From positions 64,001 through 128,000 of the forward strand of contig JANRKO010000028.1 in assembly GCA_033763455.1 (NCBI GenBank): DNA of 64,000 nucleotides. Direction: 5' to 3'. The position numbers were made by a program, and so were the translations under genes. Source of the DNA: Polyangiaceae bacterium. GTDB taxonomy: Bacteria > Myxococcota_A > Polyangia > Polyangiales > Polyangiaceae. Positions 28,720 through 38,872 of the stretch are shown piece by piece (positions within the stretch are counted from its first letter, which is position 1; every line of letters begins with the position of its first letter). The notes under the pieces are model-generated. The model did not search any database and had not been told where the DNA came from. It was given only the letters and a program-made list of their open reading frames with translations.

Positions 28720-29355
28720 ATGCGCGTCATGTTGGTTGAGGGATCAGATGACCTGCGTGCAATCCCCCACCTCTTGGAGACAGCCGGCGTGGCGTGGGGC
28801 CGAAAAGATAAGCCAATTGTCAAAATTATCCAATGCGAAGGGGTGGCAACAATGTTGGCACCTGACTTCATCACGACACATCTAAAGGCATCAGGTCTGG
28901 TGGCCCTGGGGGTTATCGTGGATGCGGACAATAGCGCGCAAGACCGTTGGAGAACGATCCGCGAACGAGTGCTCGACCTCTACTCCGATGCTCCATCTGA
29001 CATGCCCGCCACGGGAGTAATTCTGCGCGCGACGGGCAAACCCACGTTTGGCGCATGGATAATGCCAGACAATGTGAACCGCGGGATGCTTGAGACGTTC
29101 CTGCTTTTTCTCAGGCCCAAGGACAATCCGTCGCTGCTTGCGTACGCACAGGAGGTTATCCAAGAGGCCAAGAACCGGGGCGCACCGTTCCTGGAACAGC
29201 ACCAGGACAAGGCCGAGATTCACTCTTGGCTGGCTTGGCAGGATCCCCCTGGGAGGCAGTTGCACAACGCCATCATGGAGAGAATGTTGGGGAACAAACA
29301 CGAGTGTATTGAATCATTTGTTGCATGGTTTCAGGCGCTTTACTCCCAAAAATAG
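28720..29355 (+). CDS. DUF3226-like TOPRIM-fold protein
   Basis: LVEGSDD and IVDADN TOPRIM motifs, WIMPDN...GMLE, KA..H.WLAWQDPPG; 3 nt after the ATPase stop. Confidence 0.82.
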   Translation: MRVMLVEGSDDLRAIPHLLETAGVAWGRKDKPIVKIIQCEGVATMLAPDFITTHLKASGLVALGVIVDADNSAQDRWRTIRERVLDLYSDAPSDMPATGVILRATGKPTFGAWIMPDNVNRGMLETFLLFLRPKDNPSLLAYAQEVIQEAKNRGAPFLEQHQDKAEIHSWLAWQDPPGRQLHNAIMERMLGNKHECIESFVAWFQALYSQK

Positions 29356-29357
29356 GG

Positions 29358-29460
29358 ATCCGTTTAGGGACGGCCCGGACGGCCCTTGCTCTCGCTCGGG
29401 CTGCCCCCCGCACAGATTCGAGCGAGCGGGACTACCGCACCCGGCTCCCACTTGGGCCGT
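29358..29460 (-). mobile_element. Group II intron 3' end relic (domains V-VI)
   Basis: Minus strand reads GAGCCGGGTGCGGTAGTCCCGCTCGCTCGAATCTGTGCGGGGGGC...GGGCCGTCCCTAAACGGAT, matching the DV/DVI pattern; an overlapping frame ends GPSGSRVR-stop like an IEP C-terminus; no RT gene seen. Confidence 0.75.
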
Positions 29461-29780
29461 CGCTCGCCGCCGTGCTGCTGCTCGCAACGAAGGCTAAGCC
29501 TGCCGCCTACCACAGCAAACCGTACTGACCAGGCCCTGGCGCAGCACCGCTCCTGTGTCCCGCGAGCCCGCGAGCGGCTCCCATGCTTCACCCAGCTCGG
29601 TCCGCATCGTCCAAAAGCGCGACCTCTTGTTCGAAGCTGTATTTCCGCCGTTGTTCTTTCTTGCTCTGTGCCATGTGACGCCTCCGAATGTATCAAAGGT
29701 GTCCGGCTTTTCAGGTGGCTACACCATGGATGAGGCGGAGTTGCGTCGGGCCATAAGGAGTTGCATCTCGACAACTTCAA

Positions 29781-30023
29781 GTGACGCGAAGGTGGCGGGC
29801 CTGGAGGAGAGTTCTTGCGGTTGCAAAATGTGTAGAACCTATGACCGAAGCACTGGCTAAGTCTGCTGGTTTAGCACTCAAAGTAACAGGCGCTACCAAC
29901 ACGATCGACTCCATAGTGATGGCCTCTTCAGCTCAGCGAGGGGCTGTTGTTTACACCAGCGACCTGAGTGATCTGCAACTGCTTTCGAACGTCTTTATCA
30001 CCGTTCGGGTGCTGACGGCTTGA
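29781..30023 (+). pseudogene. N-terminally truncated PIN-domain toxin
   Basis: C-terminal PIN motifs IDSIVMASSAQRGAVVYTSDLSDL present; N-terminal DT motif and antitoxin absent. Confidence 0.6.
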
Positions 30024-30141
30024 GGCTCGAGCCCCCTTTGGCGGGCTCGTCCTTGCACTCGTTGAGATTGACCGCGCGTGCAGGGACTGCCGGGCAAATG
30101 TCTCGGCCTTGGAACTGCAATTTCGCCGCAGCGAGTCGGTT

Positions 30142-33100
30142 TCAGTAGCGGTGGCGCCAGACCAGATCGAGCGACGAAGCTCCCTGATCGCCCACCTGAG
30201 CGGCGAGCGACCACTTTAGGAAGAGCCTAAAATCAAGCGTCAGAAAGGTTCGATCGGGGCTTTGACCCGCGGTGGGTTCAGCCAGAGCTCGGGTAACGCG
30301 TGCAGCAACGCGAGGACTGATCTGTACGACGAGCTCGGGACGCGACGCCCCGGAAGAAGTATCCACTCGCGTGCTCACATCCAGGTTGCTCACCTTCGAC
30401 AGGGCACGATTCAGGCCTTTGGTGGCGGTACCTGCGACGAGCCCTGCTGCAGCGGATGCGTCGCTCGCACCACCAGCGGAGCCCACATTGCCATCAGGTG
30501 TACCAAACAATATCAACGTCAAGATTTGATCTTCCGCGAGCGGTGGCTCCGAACGCAGTGTGAGCTTTCCATTTTCCACGGGCCCCCTGTATTCGGCAAA
30601 AACGCTGTATTCTGCGGGTGAATCCCAGCGCGCCGTGGCAACGATCGTAGGGTTTGCCGGGTCTTCATTGGGGCGGAAGGTCACAGTTCCGCGTTCGATT
30701 TGAAACTGCTTGCCCGACACATCGAGGATGCCACCGAGCAGCTGGATCTGGCCGGCGATGGTCGTTTTGGGTTCGCTTTGCACTTCCAGCATGCCGCTCA
30801 GCTTAGCCTCCAAATCAGTGCCTTTGGTGATGGTCACGTCGTCTCCCAGTGCGACGCGGATCACGGTCTTCGACGTGGATGGAGCAGCATTCGCTTCGTG
30901 GAGGAGTGGCTGCAACGGTAGGGTCACAAAGCGATCTGGAAAGGCTATTCCGATGCGTACGCCTTCGGCGGGTTCCAAGCTTTGCACGCTATTGGGAGGC
31001 GTTGCAGCGAGCTCTAGGTGCATCTTCGGGACTTGCACATCGAGCACCGAGTTCTCGTCACCTTTTCCTGGTTGGTAGCGCAAAGAAACGCGGCCCCAGA
31101 CATCACCGACGGTCATGCTCTCGACGGTAACCGGGATCTTCTCGTTCTTCTTTATTGACACTGCGAGCTCCGCATACGTGGGTTGTACGCCGGTAAATGT
31201 CGCATAGCCCCCAGCGCTCAGTTTCCCACTGGTGCCGTGAGCCGTTAGCTCACGTAGGAGCACGCGACCCGGGGTCAAGGCGATATTGGCGTCTATGTTA
31301 TCCAAGCGCTGCCCGACGGTTGGTACGCTGACGGAGCCGTCTTTAAGGCGAATCCAGCCCCGAGCGATGGAGCGCGTTTCGGCAAGATCTATGTGGATCT
31401 GAGCATCCAGCGTGCCGCCAAGATCGGTGACTTGATCGATCACGAGCGGTTGAAACGCCATCAGATCGAGGTTCCTGAGGTCGACGTCGGCGGACATGGG
31501 TTCGGTGATCTCGGGCACAAGTCGATTTCCCCAGATGATACCCGAGCGAAAGCTCAACAGGGAGGTTCCCGAAGGCTGGCCCAACGAGACCTTGGCCAAC
31601 AGGACGTTGCCTTGTTGCGTGAGAGTGCCCGAGAGGCTCAGCTCTTTCGCATCGCCAATTCTTAATCTAGGCGTTTGAATTTCAGCGGTGAGCGCTGCTG
31701 CTCTCCCGAAATCCCTAAGCTCAGCGCGCCCACTCAGCCGCCCACTTAGGCCACGCGCGCGGAGCGCTGGAATGATATCGACTGAAAAATCGTCCAGCTC
31801 AAGCTTCATGTTCCCCGTGATAGGGCTCGTCTCGGCCTGGCCGATTTGGCTCATTGCCACGGGGCTGCCCTCCCACTCCGCAACCGCCTTTGCGTGCGCG
31901 TTATCCTGTGAACGAGCCTCGATCCGCAGCGCTCCGTGGTGGGCCTGATAATTGCCATCAAGCTTGACACGCAAAGGTGAGATGGTAGTTTTCTTCGCCC
32001 CAAATGCACTGGGCTTTAGATTCTCGGCGCTGGCGGAAAGGCTGACTTCCGGGGATAAGAGGGTGCCACGTGCCTCAAGGTTGCCCGATACAACGCCGCC
32101 CCAGCCCGGTAGTTTCAGTAGGCCCGGAAGCTGCTCCAGATCGCGGCGTGGTACGCGCAGCCGTGCCTCCCACGGTAAGGTACGAAGATCGCGAAGCCAT
32201 TCCTGTGTTTCCCCCGCAAGCGGTAGCGTTCCCGGCGCGAGGATCTCAAACGTAGCGAGGTCGCCTCGTGAATCGAAGAGGCGACCCAGGAGCTTCGGAT
32301 GGTCCGTACCGTTGCCGCTCAGGTTCACATCAAGGTCAATGCCCTGAATGGCCCAAGGCTGCGCCTTGCGCGCTTCAGCCGCTGTCACGATCTTTTCGCC
32401 GTTCACGCGTTTGCCGACAAGGCCGAGCTTCTCGGTGCGCACTCGCACACGAAGGGCCCGAGCCCCAGGCGTGTCAGCGACCGCGTCTAGGTCGAAAAGG
32501 AGTGTCCCGTGCGCGGTATCGAACGGTAATGCATCGGGCCCTAGAATTTTCAACAAGCGCTCGAGGGACAAACGCCCCTCTGCCTGCAAACGCCCACGAA
32601 GACTACGGATATCCCCACGCTCGATGAGCTGGGAGATTGGACCCACGTGTTCGAGGTTTGCGCTGAGGGTGCCGCTTTCGCCCAGATTGGCCTCAAGCGG
32701 GCCGGAAAGAAGGCCGGATTCGAGCTCAATGCCGAGCCGGATGCTCCCATTTTGAACGCGATCGACGCTGATGTTTGAGATGGACCCGCGCAGGCTTCCC
32801 GCAGGTCCGGTTCGCCCTGATTCATAGGTTGCAGAAAGATCCGCGCGCGCGGTTAAAAATCTGTGTTCACTGGTGAAAGTGTTCAAAAGTAAGGCAAGGT
32901 CGAGCTGTTTGCTCTCAAGCTCTAGGCGTTCGAGGGAGTTCGAGAACACGCCCGAGAGCCTCAGCTCGCCTGCGCCCAAAAGCTCCGCCTTATCCACCGA
33001 GACGCGTCCCTGGCTGATTTTAATGCGTGCTGCTCGGCCCGTGAGCGCGAGGTTTTTATCCGCGTAGGCAACCCGAAGTTGTCGAAGCTCGGCACCGTCC

Positions 33101-34872
33101 GTGAGCGTAAGCAGGGTGTCTGCGTGAACGGTTCGACCGTCGACAGCGGCCACGTTGGCAAAAACTGAAAGCGCCTTGGGAGTGCCAACCACTTGAACGC
33201 GTGCGTGCGCGAGATGCTGACCAAGGGCCTCGATCTGATCGGCCTGCAGAAGCACTCGGAGATTGGGATTGACGAACGCTCCCTGCGCGTTTGCGCGCAG
33301 GGTGGCGCGTTCGATCGAGCGCGGTTGCTCCGGGGAGCCGCCCGTGAGCACCACGTGTGCGAGTTGAGCATTCGCTTCGAGGAGCAGCGTTTTCTGGTTA
33401 GTATTCACGCTGCCCGTTACGTCGACCGTGCCGTTAGCGGTTAGACCAGGTACCAAAAGGGCTAGCCTCGGAGGCCTTGCAAGCACGGAGCGCGCGCTCA
33501 AGGAAAGGGTGCCCTGTGGAGCCTGGAACGCAAATTGGACGCTCGTGGGAGCGCCCGGCTCGTCCAGACGCAGAGCTCCGTCAAGCTCAAGCGTTTGGGA
33601 GTTGAAGCCAAACTTTACTGAGCCGCGAGCCGTGGTGGGGGGGAGCAGAATTGTGCTGACTTCCGAGTCAAAAATGCCGATAGAGTAGTTAGCCTGGAAG
33701 TGTTCGTGGTTCGAGAGTAGTGAACTCTCAAGGTCAAAATTCAGGCGCGAGCTTGGTGCGTCCGGATCCACCGTGGCGGAGTCGACACTCCGACCCGCGA
33801 TTTCTAACTTTCCCTTGAGGGGCTCAAGGCTCTCAAGATGGCCAGCGACGCGAACGCTCGCGGCCCCAGAGAGGAGCACCGCGCGCACGTTGAGCAGTGG
33901 CAAGGTGCCTTCGGCTCGTAGCGTCAGCTCGGAGTCCTGAGCGAGCCTCATCCGGGGAGCCAGTCGCTGCAGGAGGGAATGGCCGATCGGAGCTATCTTT
34001 GCCGTCGCCACCAGCGATTCCCCCCTAAGCTCCGCGTTCAACTGCACAGGTGATCGATCTTTGTGTGAGGTGAGAGGCTCTGCCAAAAATCCATTAAACG
34101 TCAGCCTTCCGACGAGATCTTGATCGTTACGGGCAACTCTCCCCGTTTTGGTGGGCGTTGAGATGGCGAGCCGAAAAGCGAGTTGTCCCGTGGCGTTCTC
34201 TACCAGCGGCACTGCGCGCGCCGTGAGGTTGAGGTCGTCTATCCGTACCGCGGTGTGTTCCTCTGCTACGCTGAGCGAACCACGTAGGGCTCTTACATCC
34301 ACGTCAATTGCCGGCACGGATCCCACCTGGCCGTGGACCCACACATGGTCCAGGCGAATTTGCTCCAGTTCCACCCGCGTTGCGCGTGCGGGCTGAGATG
34401 CCAAAGGCGCCGGTGTTGGTGTGCGTGGGTTGAAGGCAGCTATGAAGGTCGGAAGTCCGTTGCCGTCGTCGATCAACCGAAGCTCCGCGTGAACCAATCT
34501 GATCTGCGGAATTCGAATCTGAAGTGGACCCGAGCCTGCGAGCCCCCAGAGCAGCAAGGGGAGATCGATCTCGACCCGAGCCTCGGCCCCATGGGCCACC
34601 CGCTGACCGCGAGCGTCGAATAAACGTAGATGAACGCCCTCAATACCCGAGAGCCCGACCCGCCGAAAGCTTTCAATCTCCAAGCGCCCCACGAAGCCCT
34701 CCTTGAGGAAGGAATTGATTTGTTGGGTCGCGTAGGCGCGGCCACTCGGTAAATGCAGGGCAATCAGTACACCGACGAGTGTTGTCAGAACTAACAGCAG
34801 AACCATCGCAAGCCCACGACCCGTCCAGACAGCGATGCGGAATGCGGGGTTGCGACGAACCGAGGTCGACAT
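30142..34872 (-). CDS. tamB: Translocation/assembly module TamB
   Basis: About 1575 aa, N-terminal TM anchor, beta-rich body, DUF490-like C-terminus (LRSEPPL....IL.LILFG ... W.HRY); coupled to the upstream Omp85 gene. Confidence 0.88.
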   Translation of the reverse strand: MSTSVRRNPAFRIAVWTGRGLAMVLLLVLTTLVGVLIALHLPSGRAYATQQINSFLKEGFVGRLEIESFRRVGLSGIEGVHLRLFDARGQRVAHGAEARVEIDLPLLLWGLAGSGPLQIRIPQIRLVHAELRLIDDGNGLPTFIAAFNPRTPTPAPLASQPARATRVELEQIRLDHVWVHGQVGSVPAIDVDVRALRGSLSVAEEHTAVRIDDLNLTARAVPLVENATGQLAFRLAISTPTKTGRVARNDQDLVGRLTFNGFLAEPLTSHKDRSPVQLNAELRGESLVATAKIAPIGHSLLQRLAPRMRLAQDSELTLRAEGTLPLLNVRAVLLSGAASVRVAGHLESLEPLKGKLEIAGRSVDSATVDPDAPSSRLNFDLESSLLSNHEHFQANYSIGIFDSEVSTILLPPTTARGSVKFGFNSQTLELDGALRLDEPGAPTSVQFAFQAPQGTLSLSARSVLARPPRLALLVPGLTANGTVDVTGSVNTNQKTLLLEANAQLAHVVLTGGSPEQPRSIERATLRANAQGAFVNPNLRVLLQADQIEALGQHLAHARVQVVGTPKALSVFANVAAVDGRTVHADTLLTLTDGAELRQLRVAYADKNLALTGRAARIKISQGRVSVDKAELLGAGELRLSGVFSNSLERLELESKQLDLALLLNTFTSEHRFLTARADLSATYESGRTGPAGSLRGSISNISVDRVQNGSIRLGIELESGLLSGPLEANLGESGTLSANLEHVGPISQLIERGDIRSLRGRLQAEGRLSLERLLKILGPDALPFDTAHGTLLFDLDAVADTPGARALRVRVRTEKLGLVGKRVNGEKIVTAAEARKAQPWAIQGIDLDVNLSGNGTDHPKLLGRLFDSRGDLATFEILAPGTLPLAGETQEWLRDLRTLPWEARLRVPRRDLEQLPGLLKLPGWGGVVSGNLEARGTLLSPEVSLSASAENLKPSAFGAKKTTISPLRVKLDGNYQAHHGALRIEARSQDNAHAKAVAEWEGSPVAMSQIGQAETSPITGNMKLELDDFSVDIIPALRARGLSGRLSGRAELRDFGRAAALTAEIQTPRLRIGDAKELSLSGTLTQQGNVLLAKVSLGQPSGTSLLSFRSGIIWGNRLVPEITEPMSADVDLRNLDLMAFQPLVIDQVTDLGGTLDAQIHIDLAETRSIARGWIRLKDGSVSVPTVGQRLDNIDANIALTPGRVLLRELTAHGTSGKLSAGGYATFTGVQPTYAELAVSIKKNEKIPVTVESMTVGDVWGRVSLRYQPGKGDENSVLDVQVPKMHLELAATPPNSVQSLEPAEGVRIGIAFPDRFVTLPLQPLLHEANAAPSTSKTVIRVALGDDVTITKGTDLEAKLSGMLEVQSEPKTTIAGQIQLLGGILDVSGKQFQIERGTVTFRPNEDPANPTIVATARWDSPAEYSVFAEYRGPVENGKLTLRSEPPLAEDQILTLILFGTPDGNVGSAGGASDASAAAGLVAGTATKGLNRALSKVSNLDVSTRVDTSSGASRPELVVQISPRVAARVTRALAEPTAGQSPDRTFLTLDFRLFLKWSLAAQVGDQGASSLDLVWRHRY

Positions 34873-36959
34873 CAAAACGCCTCGCCGATCCCGAAAGCCA
34901 CTGCCATCGGTGCTCCGAAAAGTTCGTTTGAACGGCCTTCGTCTTGCAGCACGGGCCCCTGCGCCCCTGGCACGCGATAGCCGACGTCCAGCCGCACCGG
35001 ACCTATCGGCGTTTCATAGCGGAGCCCGATGCCGACGCTGAAGTGCGGACGCCACCGCAGAGTAAAACGGCGCGCAGCAACATCACCAAGATCCGAGAAC
35101 AGAGCGCCCCCGAGCGGCCCCGCTAGCGGAAACCTAAGCTCCAGCGAGGCTTCCCATAGGGAAAGGCCTCCGAGCGGCACCTCACAGCCTCCGGGAGAAT
35201 TGTCACAAGCAGAAGAGATCTGCTGTGTAGATTGGCCCGGGTTGTAGAAAGGAACGACACCCCGAGGCCCGATCTCACCTTCCGCGTAACCGCGGTTGGA
35301 GGCAGGCCCACCGCCGAAGAAGCCACGCAGATAGCTTAACTGCACATCCCTTACCCATTGTTTCCGGCTGACACCGAGCGGCGTAAGCGTCACATTATCG
35401 CGCTCACCCTGAGCGTTCGCTTCTGTGGTTTGCCCGTAATTGTTGTTAAAAATGAAGCCGAACTCTGCGCGCCCAGCCAACGTAACTTTCCGACTGATAG
35501 GAAGATAACCGCGTGCTTCGGGCCGCACTTTGATGTCGCGAGCGTTGCCAAAGGTGAGGCCAGCGAGCTGCAAGTTGTTAGCGAAAAATCCCCCCTTTCG
35601 AGGATGGATGGCGTTGTCGCGGAGATCGAGAGATGTAAAGAGCTCCGGGTACCCGATCAGCACCGGATCAAGATCCGCATCGAGCATCCCCCTATAAGTG
35701 AAGGGGGTGACCCGTTGGACGGAATGCGTAAGGGCGCCATACGCGCGCCATAGGGTGCGTTCTACACCTCCACGGGCCCGCGTATCACGATACCCAAGCA
35801 GCGGTGCAGAAGGAGTGAGCTTGGTCGAGAGCAACACAGGGTAAATGCTTACGTCACCACCCACGATCAAATTCGTGCGCGCTTCGATCAGGCCGGGCTG
35901 CGAAAAGTCAACACGTAGGCGACCCTGGGGTAGCACATCGGTCGGAGCCTGTAGCCCGGGAAGGCGAGTCGGGTACAGGATAACTCCTGGGCGCAGGGTG
36001 ATCGAAAGGTGCCTGAGGCCGCCTAGAAAGTTGCTGTCTTCCCAGCCGCCGATGAGATGAGCACCCGTTTTTAGAGAATCGGCTTGCACACCAAAACCAA
36101 GGTGCACGTTTCGAAGCTTGCTCACCTGCACCACAACGTTGAGAGGAACAACACGCGGATCGGCCCGAGCTTCAGGATCTGCTTCGATGCGCACGGCACT
36201 GAAGATCCCAAGATCTAAAAGCGCTCTTTCCGCTTCGTTCAATTCGGCGCGTGAGTAAGGATCTCCCTCCTTCAGGTCCAACGCGCGGCGGATAGGCGCC
36301 TCGGGAATATTTGAAAGACCCAAGATCTTAATCTTTCCGTAGTGTGCCAGGACCCCCGGCTTGATCCAGAAACCAACGGCCACGGTGCTCTTCGGTAAAT
36401 CCACCTGGGCGGCCCTCTTCACTTTGGCGTGTGCGTAACCTTTGCTGGCTAACAGTGAAGCGAGGTTGGTTGCGGTATCTTCGAAAACAGACTCCTCAAA
36501 GCGTTTGCCGGACACCAAGGGCGACAACGCTTTCTTCGCTTCTTCCGCGAGCTCTTTTGGGAGCCGCTCGGTGCCGTGGATGTCTACGCGTGACACCGTG
36601 GTGGCCGGCCCTTCATCAATCAGGATCTCGACGCGCACCTTGCGCACACCGTTTATAAACACCCGGCCAGCGCGCGCACGTGCCTGGTAAAACCCACGCG
36701 CGCGGTAGTAGCGCTCAATGCGCTGTAGGTCCCGTTCGAGCACGTAACGATCGAAGAGCTCGTAATCGTAGAGCACACCGTCGAAAAGCCAGAGAAATTT
36801 GGGAGATTCGCGCGTTGCGAGACGCTTTTCGATTTCGTCGGAGGCAACGGCGTTGTTACCTTTGAAGTCGAGTGCATCCACGATTCTTCGATTCTGCGGC
36901 AGAGGCGAGCAGCGGATGAGCGCGAAGAGGATGAAGGCCAGTAGGCCTAGCTTGTACAT
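34872..36959 (-). CDS. tamA: Omp85 family TamA-like outer membrane protein
   Basis: POTRA motifs (YYRARGFY, KGYA.A), GG..SNRGY, GIGLRYETPIGPVRLD, C-terminal GEAF; start set at ATG 36959. Confidence 0.88.
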   Translation of the reverse strand: MYKLGLLAFILFALIRCSPLPQNRRIVDALDFKGNNAVASDEIEKRLATRESPKFLWLFDGVLYDYELFDRYVLERDLQRIERYYRARGFYQARARAGRVFINGVRKVRVEILIDEGPATTVSRVDIHGTERLPKELAEEAKKALSPLVSGKRFEESVFEDTATNLASLLASKGYAHAKVKRAAQVDLPKSTVAVGFWIKPGVLAHYGKIKILGLSNIPEAPIRRALDLKEGDPYSRAELNEAERALLDLGIFSAVRIEADPEARADPRVVPLNVVVQVSKLRNVHLGFGVQADSLKTGAHLIGGWEDSNFLGGLRHLSITLRPGVILYPTRLPGLQAPTDVLPQGRLRVDFSQPGLIEARTNLIVGGDVSIYPVLLSTKLTPSAPLLGYRDTRARGGVERTLWRAYGALTHSVQRVTPFTYRGMLDADLDPVLIGYPELFTSLDLRDNAIHPRKGGFFANNLQLAGLTFGNARDIKVRPEARGYLPISRKVTLAGRAEFGFIFNNNYGQTTEANAQGERDNVTLTPLGVSRKQWVRDVQLSYLRGFFGGGPASNRGYAEGEIGPRGVVPFYNPGQSTQQISSACDNSPGGCEVPLGGLSLWEASLELRFPLAGPLGGALFSDLGDVAARRFTLRWRPHFSVGIGLRYETPIGPVRLDVGYRVPGAQGPVLQDEGRSNELFGAPMAVAFGIGEAF

Positions 36960-37038
36960 GCGGCCTCGGCACCTTGAGTTGCGCGGCAGGATGTCTCGGG
37001 GCCGAAGGTGTGGCGAAATCACATCCGGCCTTCCTTTT

Positions 37039-37054
37039 TGCCACACCGCTGCCA
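37039..37054 (-). promoter_or_regulatory. Possible sigma54 promoter-like motif for tamAB
   Basis: TGGCAGCGGTGTGGCA (GG-N10-GC); -12 element deviates from consensus. Confidence 0.35.
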
Positions 37055-37133
37055 ACGTCTGCGAACCTCTTCGAACGTCCAGCCTTTGCAAACGGCACGC
37101 CACTGGTGCGTTTTGTGCTTCCCTCACCCGAAG

Positions 37134-37574
37134 ATGCCCAAGACAAATTCCTCCACGCACTGGTCCGCGAGATTCGTGGTGGTGAGTGTGCTGATCTCGG
37201 GCTGCAGCTCCGCGCTTGAAGAACCGCCCCACGTGGCGGCACCCATGAGTGCTTACGTCGAAGTTCCCTATCCGCCACCTGCAGGCTTTACTGAGCTCGT
37301 TCCTGCAAAGCCCGCGGCAAATGCGCTCTGGATCGATGGCGGTTGGGTTTGGTTAGGCCAAAAGTACGCGTGGGAAAGAGGGGGCTGGCTTGTCCCTCGT
37401 GCGGGTGCGACTTTCGCGCCGTGGTCTGTGCGTTATGAAGCAGATGGCCGGCTGAAGTTCGCTCCGAGTGGATGGTTCACGCGTGATGGACGCCCATTGC
37501 TTGCGCCTTCGTTCCTCGTTTCTGCGACCATCCCCACCAACGAAGTTACCTCTGAAACGCAGAGCCCGCGTTGA
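37134..37574 (+). CDS. Small lipoprotein with YXWGXW-like repeat
   Basis: Lipobox ISGC; PYPPP...P....LWIDGGW.W....Y.W..G.W. Confidence 0.7.
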   Translation: MPKTNSSTHWSARFVVVSVLISGCSSALEEPPHVAAPMSAYVEVPYPPPAGFTELVPAKPAANALWIDGGWVWLGQKYAWERGGWLVPRAGATFAPWSVRYEADGRLKFAPSGWFTRDGRPLLAPSFLVSATIPTNEVTSETQSPR

Positions 37575-37732
37575 TGAGCTGGGTGGGCAAGGCTCAGCTT
37601 CGAGCCGTGGCAAAATTCCACAGCTGTGGCCGTGGTGCTAGCGCGTGCGGTTGCCTTCTACGACCGTGGTGCGTCCCGGTGCTCTTCAGCTCAACACAGG
37701 ATCTATCGGCACGGCTGAGGCGACGAACAGCT

Positions 37733-37748
37733 TGGCACATGCATTGCG
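37733..37748 (+). promoter_or_regulatory. sigma54 promoter-like motif
   Basis: TGGCACATGCATTGCG upstream of the peptidase-katE pair. Confidence 0.65.
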
Positions 37749-37768
37749 TACATGGCGGCGGGTCCAAC

Positions 37769-38872
37769 ATGAAGCGTTTCGTTTGCGAGTGCTCAGCTCC
37801 CATCTTTTTCGATAACACCCAGTGTTTAAGCTGCGGCAGAACGTTGGGGTATGTGCCGGAGACGTTTGAATTAAAGCCTCTTGATTTTGACGGGAGCGTG
37901 CGGGTTCGCGGCACCCGTTTTGTGAAGTGTCGAAACTACTCCCAGCAAGGAGTGTGCAATTGGTTGGTCTCCGAGTCTGCTTCGGATGACCTGTGTTCAG
38001 CTTGCGAGCTCAATCGTGTGATTCCAGATTTGGCGCAAGCGGAGAATCGAGCGCTTTGGCTCGAGGTAGAACAGGCCAAGCGTCGCCTGATTTATGGCCT
38101 GAATCGCCTGGGGTTAGCCGTCACCTCAAAAGCAAAAGATCCCCAAGCTGGCTTATTCTTCGACATTAGAGCCGACGCAGGCAGCGAGCGTGTCCTTACC
38201 GGTCATAATGACGGCCTCATCACTCTGAACTTAGAAGAGGCAGACGCGGCCGAACGAGAGAGGATCCGCGTCAGTATGAAAGAGCGTTACCGTACGCTTC
38301 TTGGGCATTTTCGCCATGAAATCGGTCACTACTATTTTGGGCTCTGGGCGGGCAAGCGCCTGCCAAACGAGCAGTTTCGAGCGCTGTTTGGGGACGAATC
38401 CGCCAACTATCAGGAGGCGCTGCGCCGGCACTATGATCGCACCGACAGCACACAATTCTCAGATTCGTTCATCAGCTTCTACGCAAGCGCACATCCCTGG
38501 GAAGATTTTGCTGAGACGTTTGCGCACTACCTGCACATGGTGGACACGCTGGAAACGGCAGCCGCGTTCGGCTTCGTTACAGACGTCGGGCAGAGCCTCG
38601 CCCCACAACCGCGACATTCTCCGCAAAAAGGCGAGATCCGCTTCAAACGCCTGATGGGAGAATGGGTAAATCTCACGGTTGCCCTGAATTCTCTCAACCG
38701 CAGCATGGGCCTTCCCGACGCATATCCTTTTTCAATCTCGCCGAAAGTTGTCGGCAAGCTCGCTTTTGTCGACGCCTTGATTCACGACGCCCCAATGCCC
38801 CAAGAAAGCCCAGAAAATGCCCAAAAAATCTCCAAAGTCGCTCACTTCGCGAAAGCGACCGTCGCTCACTGA
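37769..38872 (+). CDS. Putative zinc-binding metallopeptidase (zinc ribbon + DUF2248-type)
   Basis: F.CEC...[23 protein letters not shown] (HExxH), [28 protein letters not shown]. Confidence 0.88.
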   Translation: MKRFVCECSAPIFFDNTQCLSCGRTLGYVPETFELKPLDFDGSVRVRGTRFVKCRNYSQQGVCNWLVSESASDDLCSACELNRVIPDLAQAENRALWLEVEQAKRRLIYGLNRLGLAVTSKAKDPQAGLFFDIRADAGSERVLTGHNDGLITLNLEEADAAERERIRVSMKERYRTLLGHFRHEIGHYYFGLWAGKRLPNEQFRALFGDESANYQEALRRHYDRTDSTQFSDSFISFYASAHPWEDFAETFAHYLHMVDTLETAAAFGFVTDVGQSLAPQPRHSPQKGEIRFKRLMGEWVNLTVALNSLNRSMGLPDAYPFSISPKVVGKLAFVDALIHDAPMPQESPENAQKISKVAHFAKATVAH

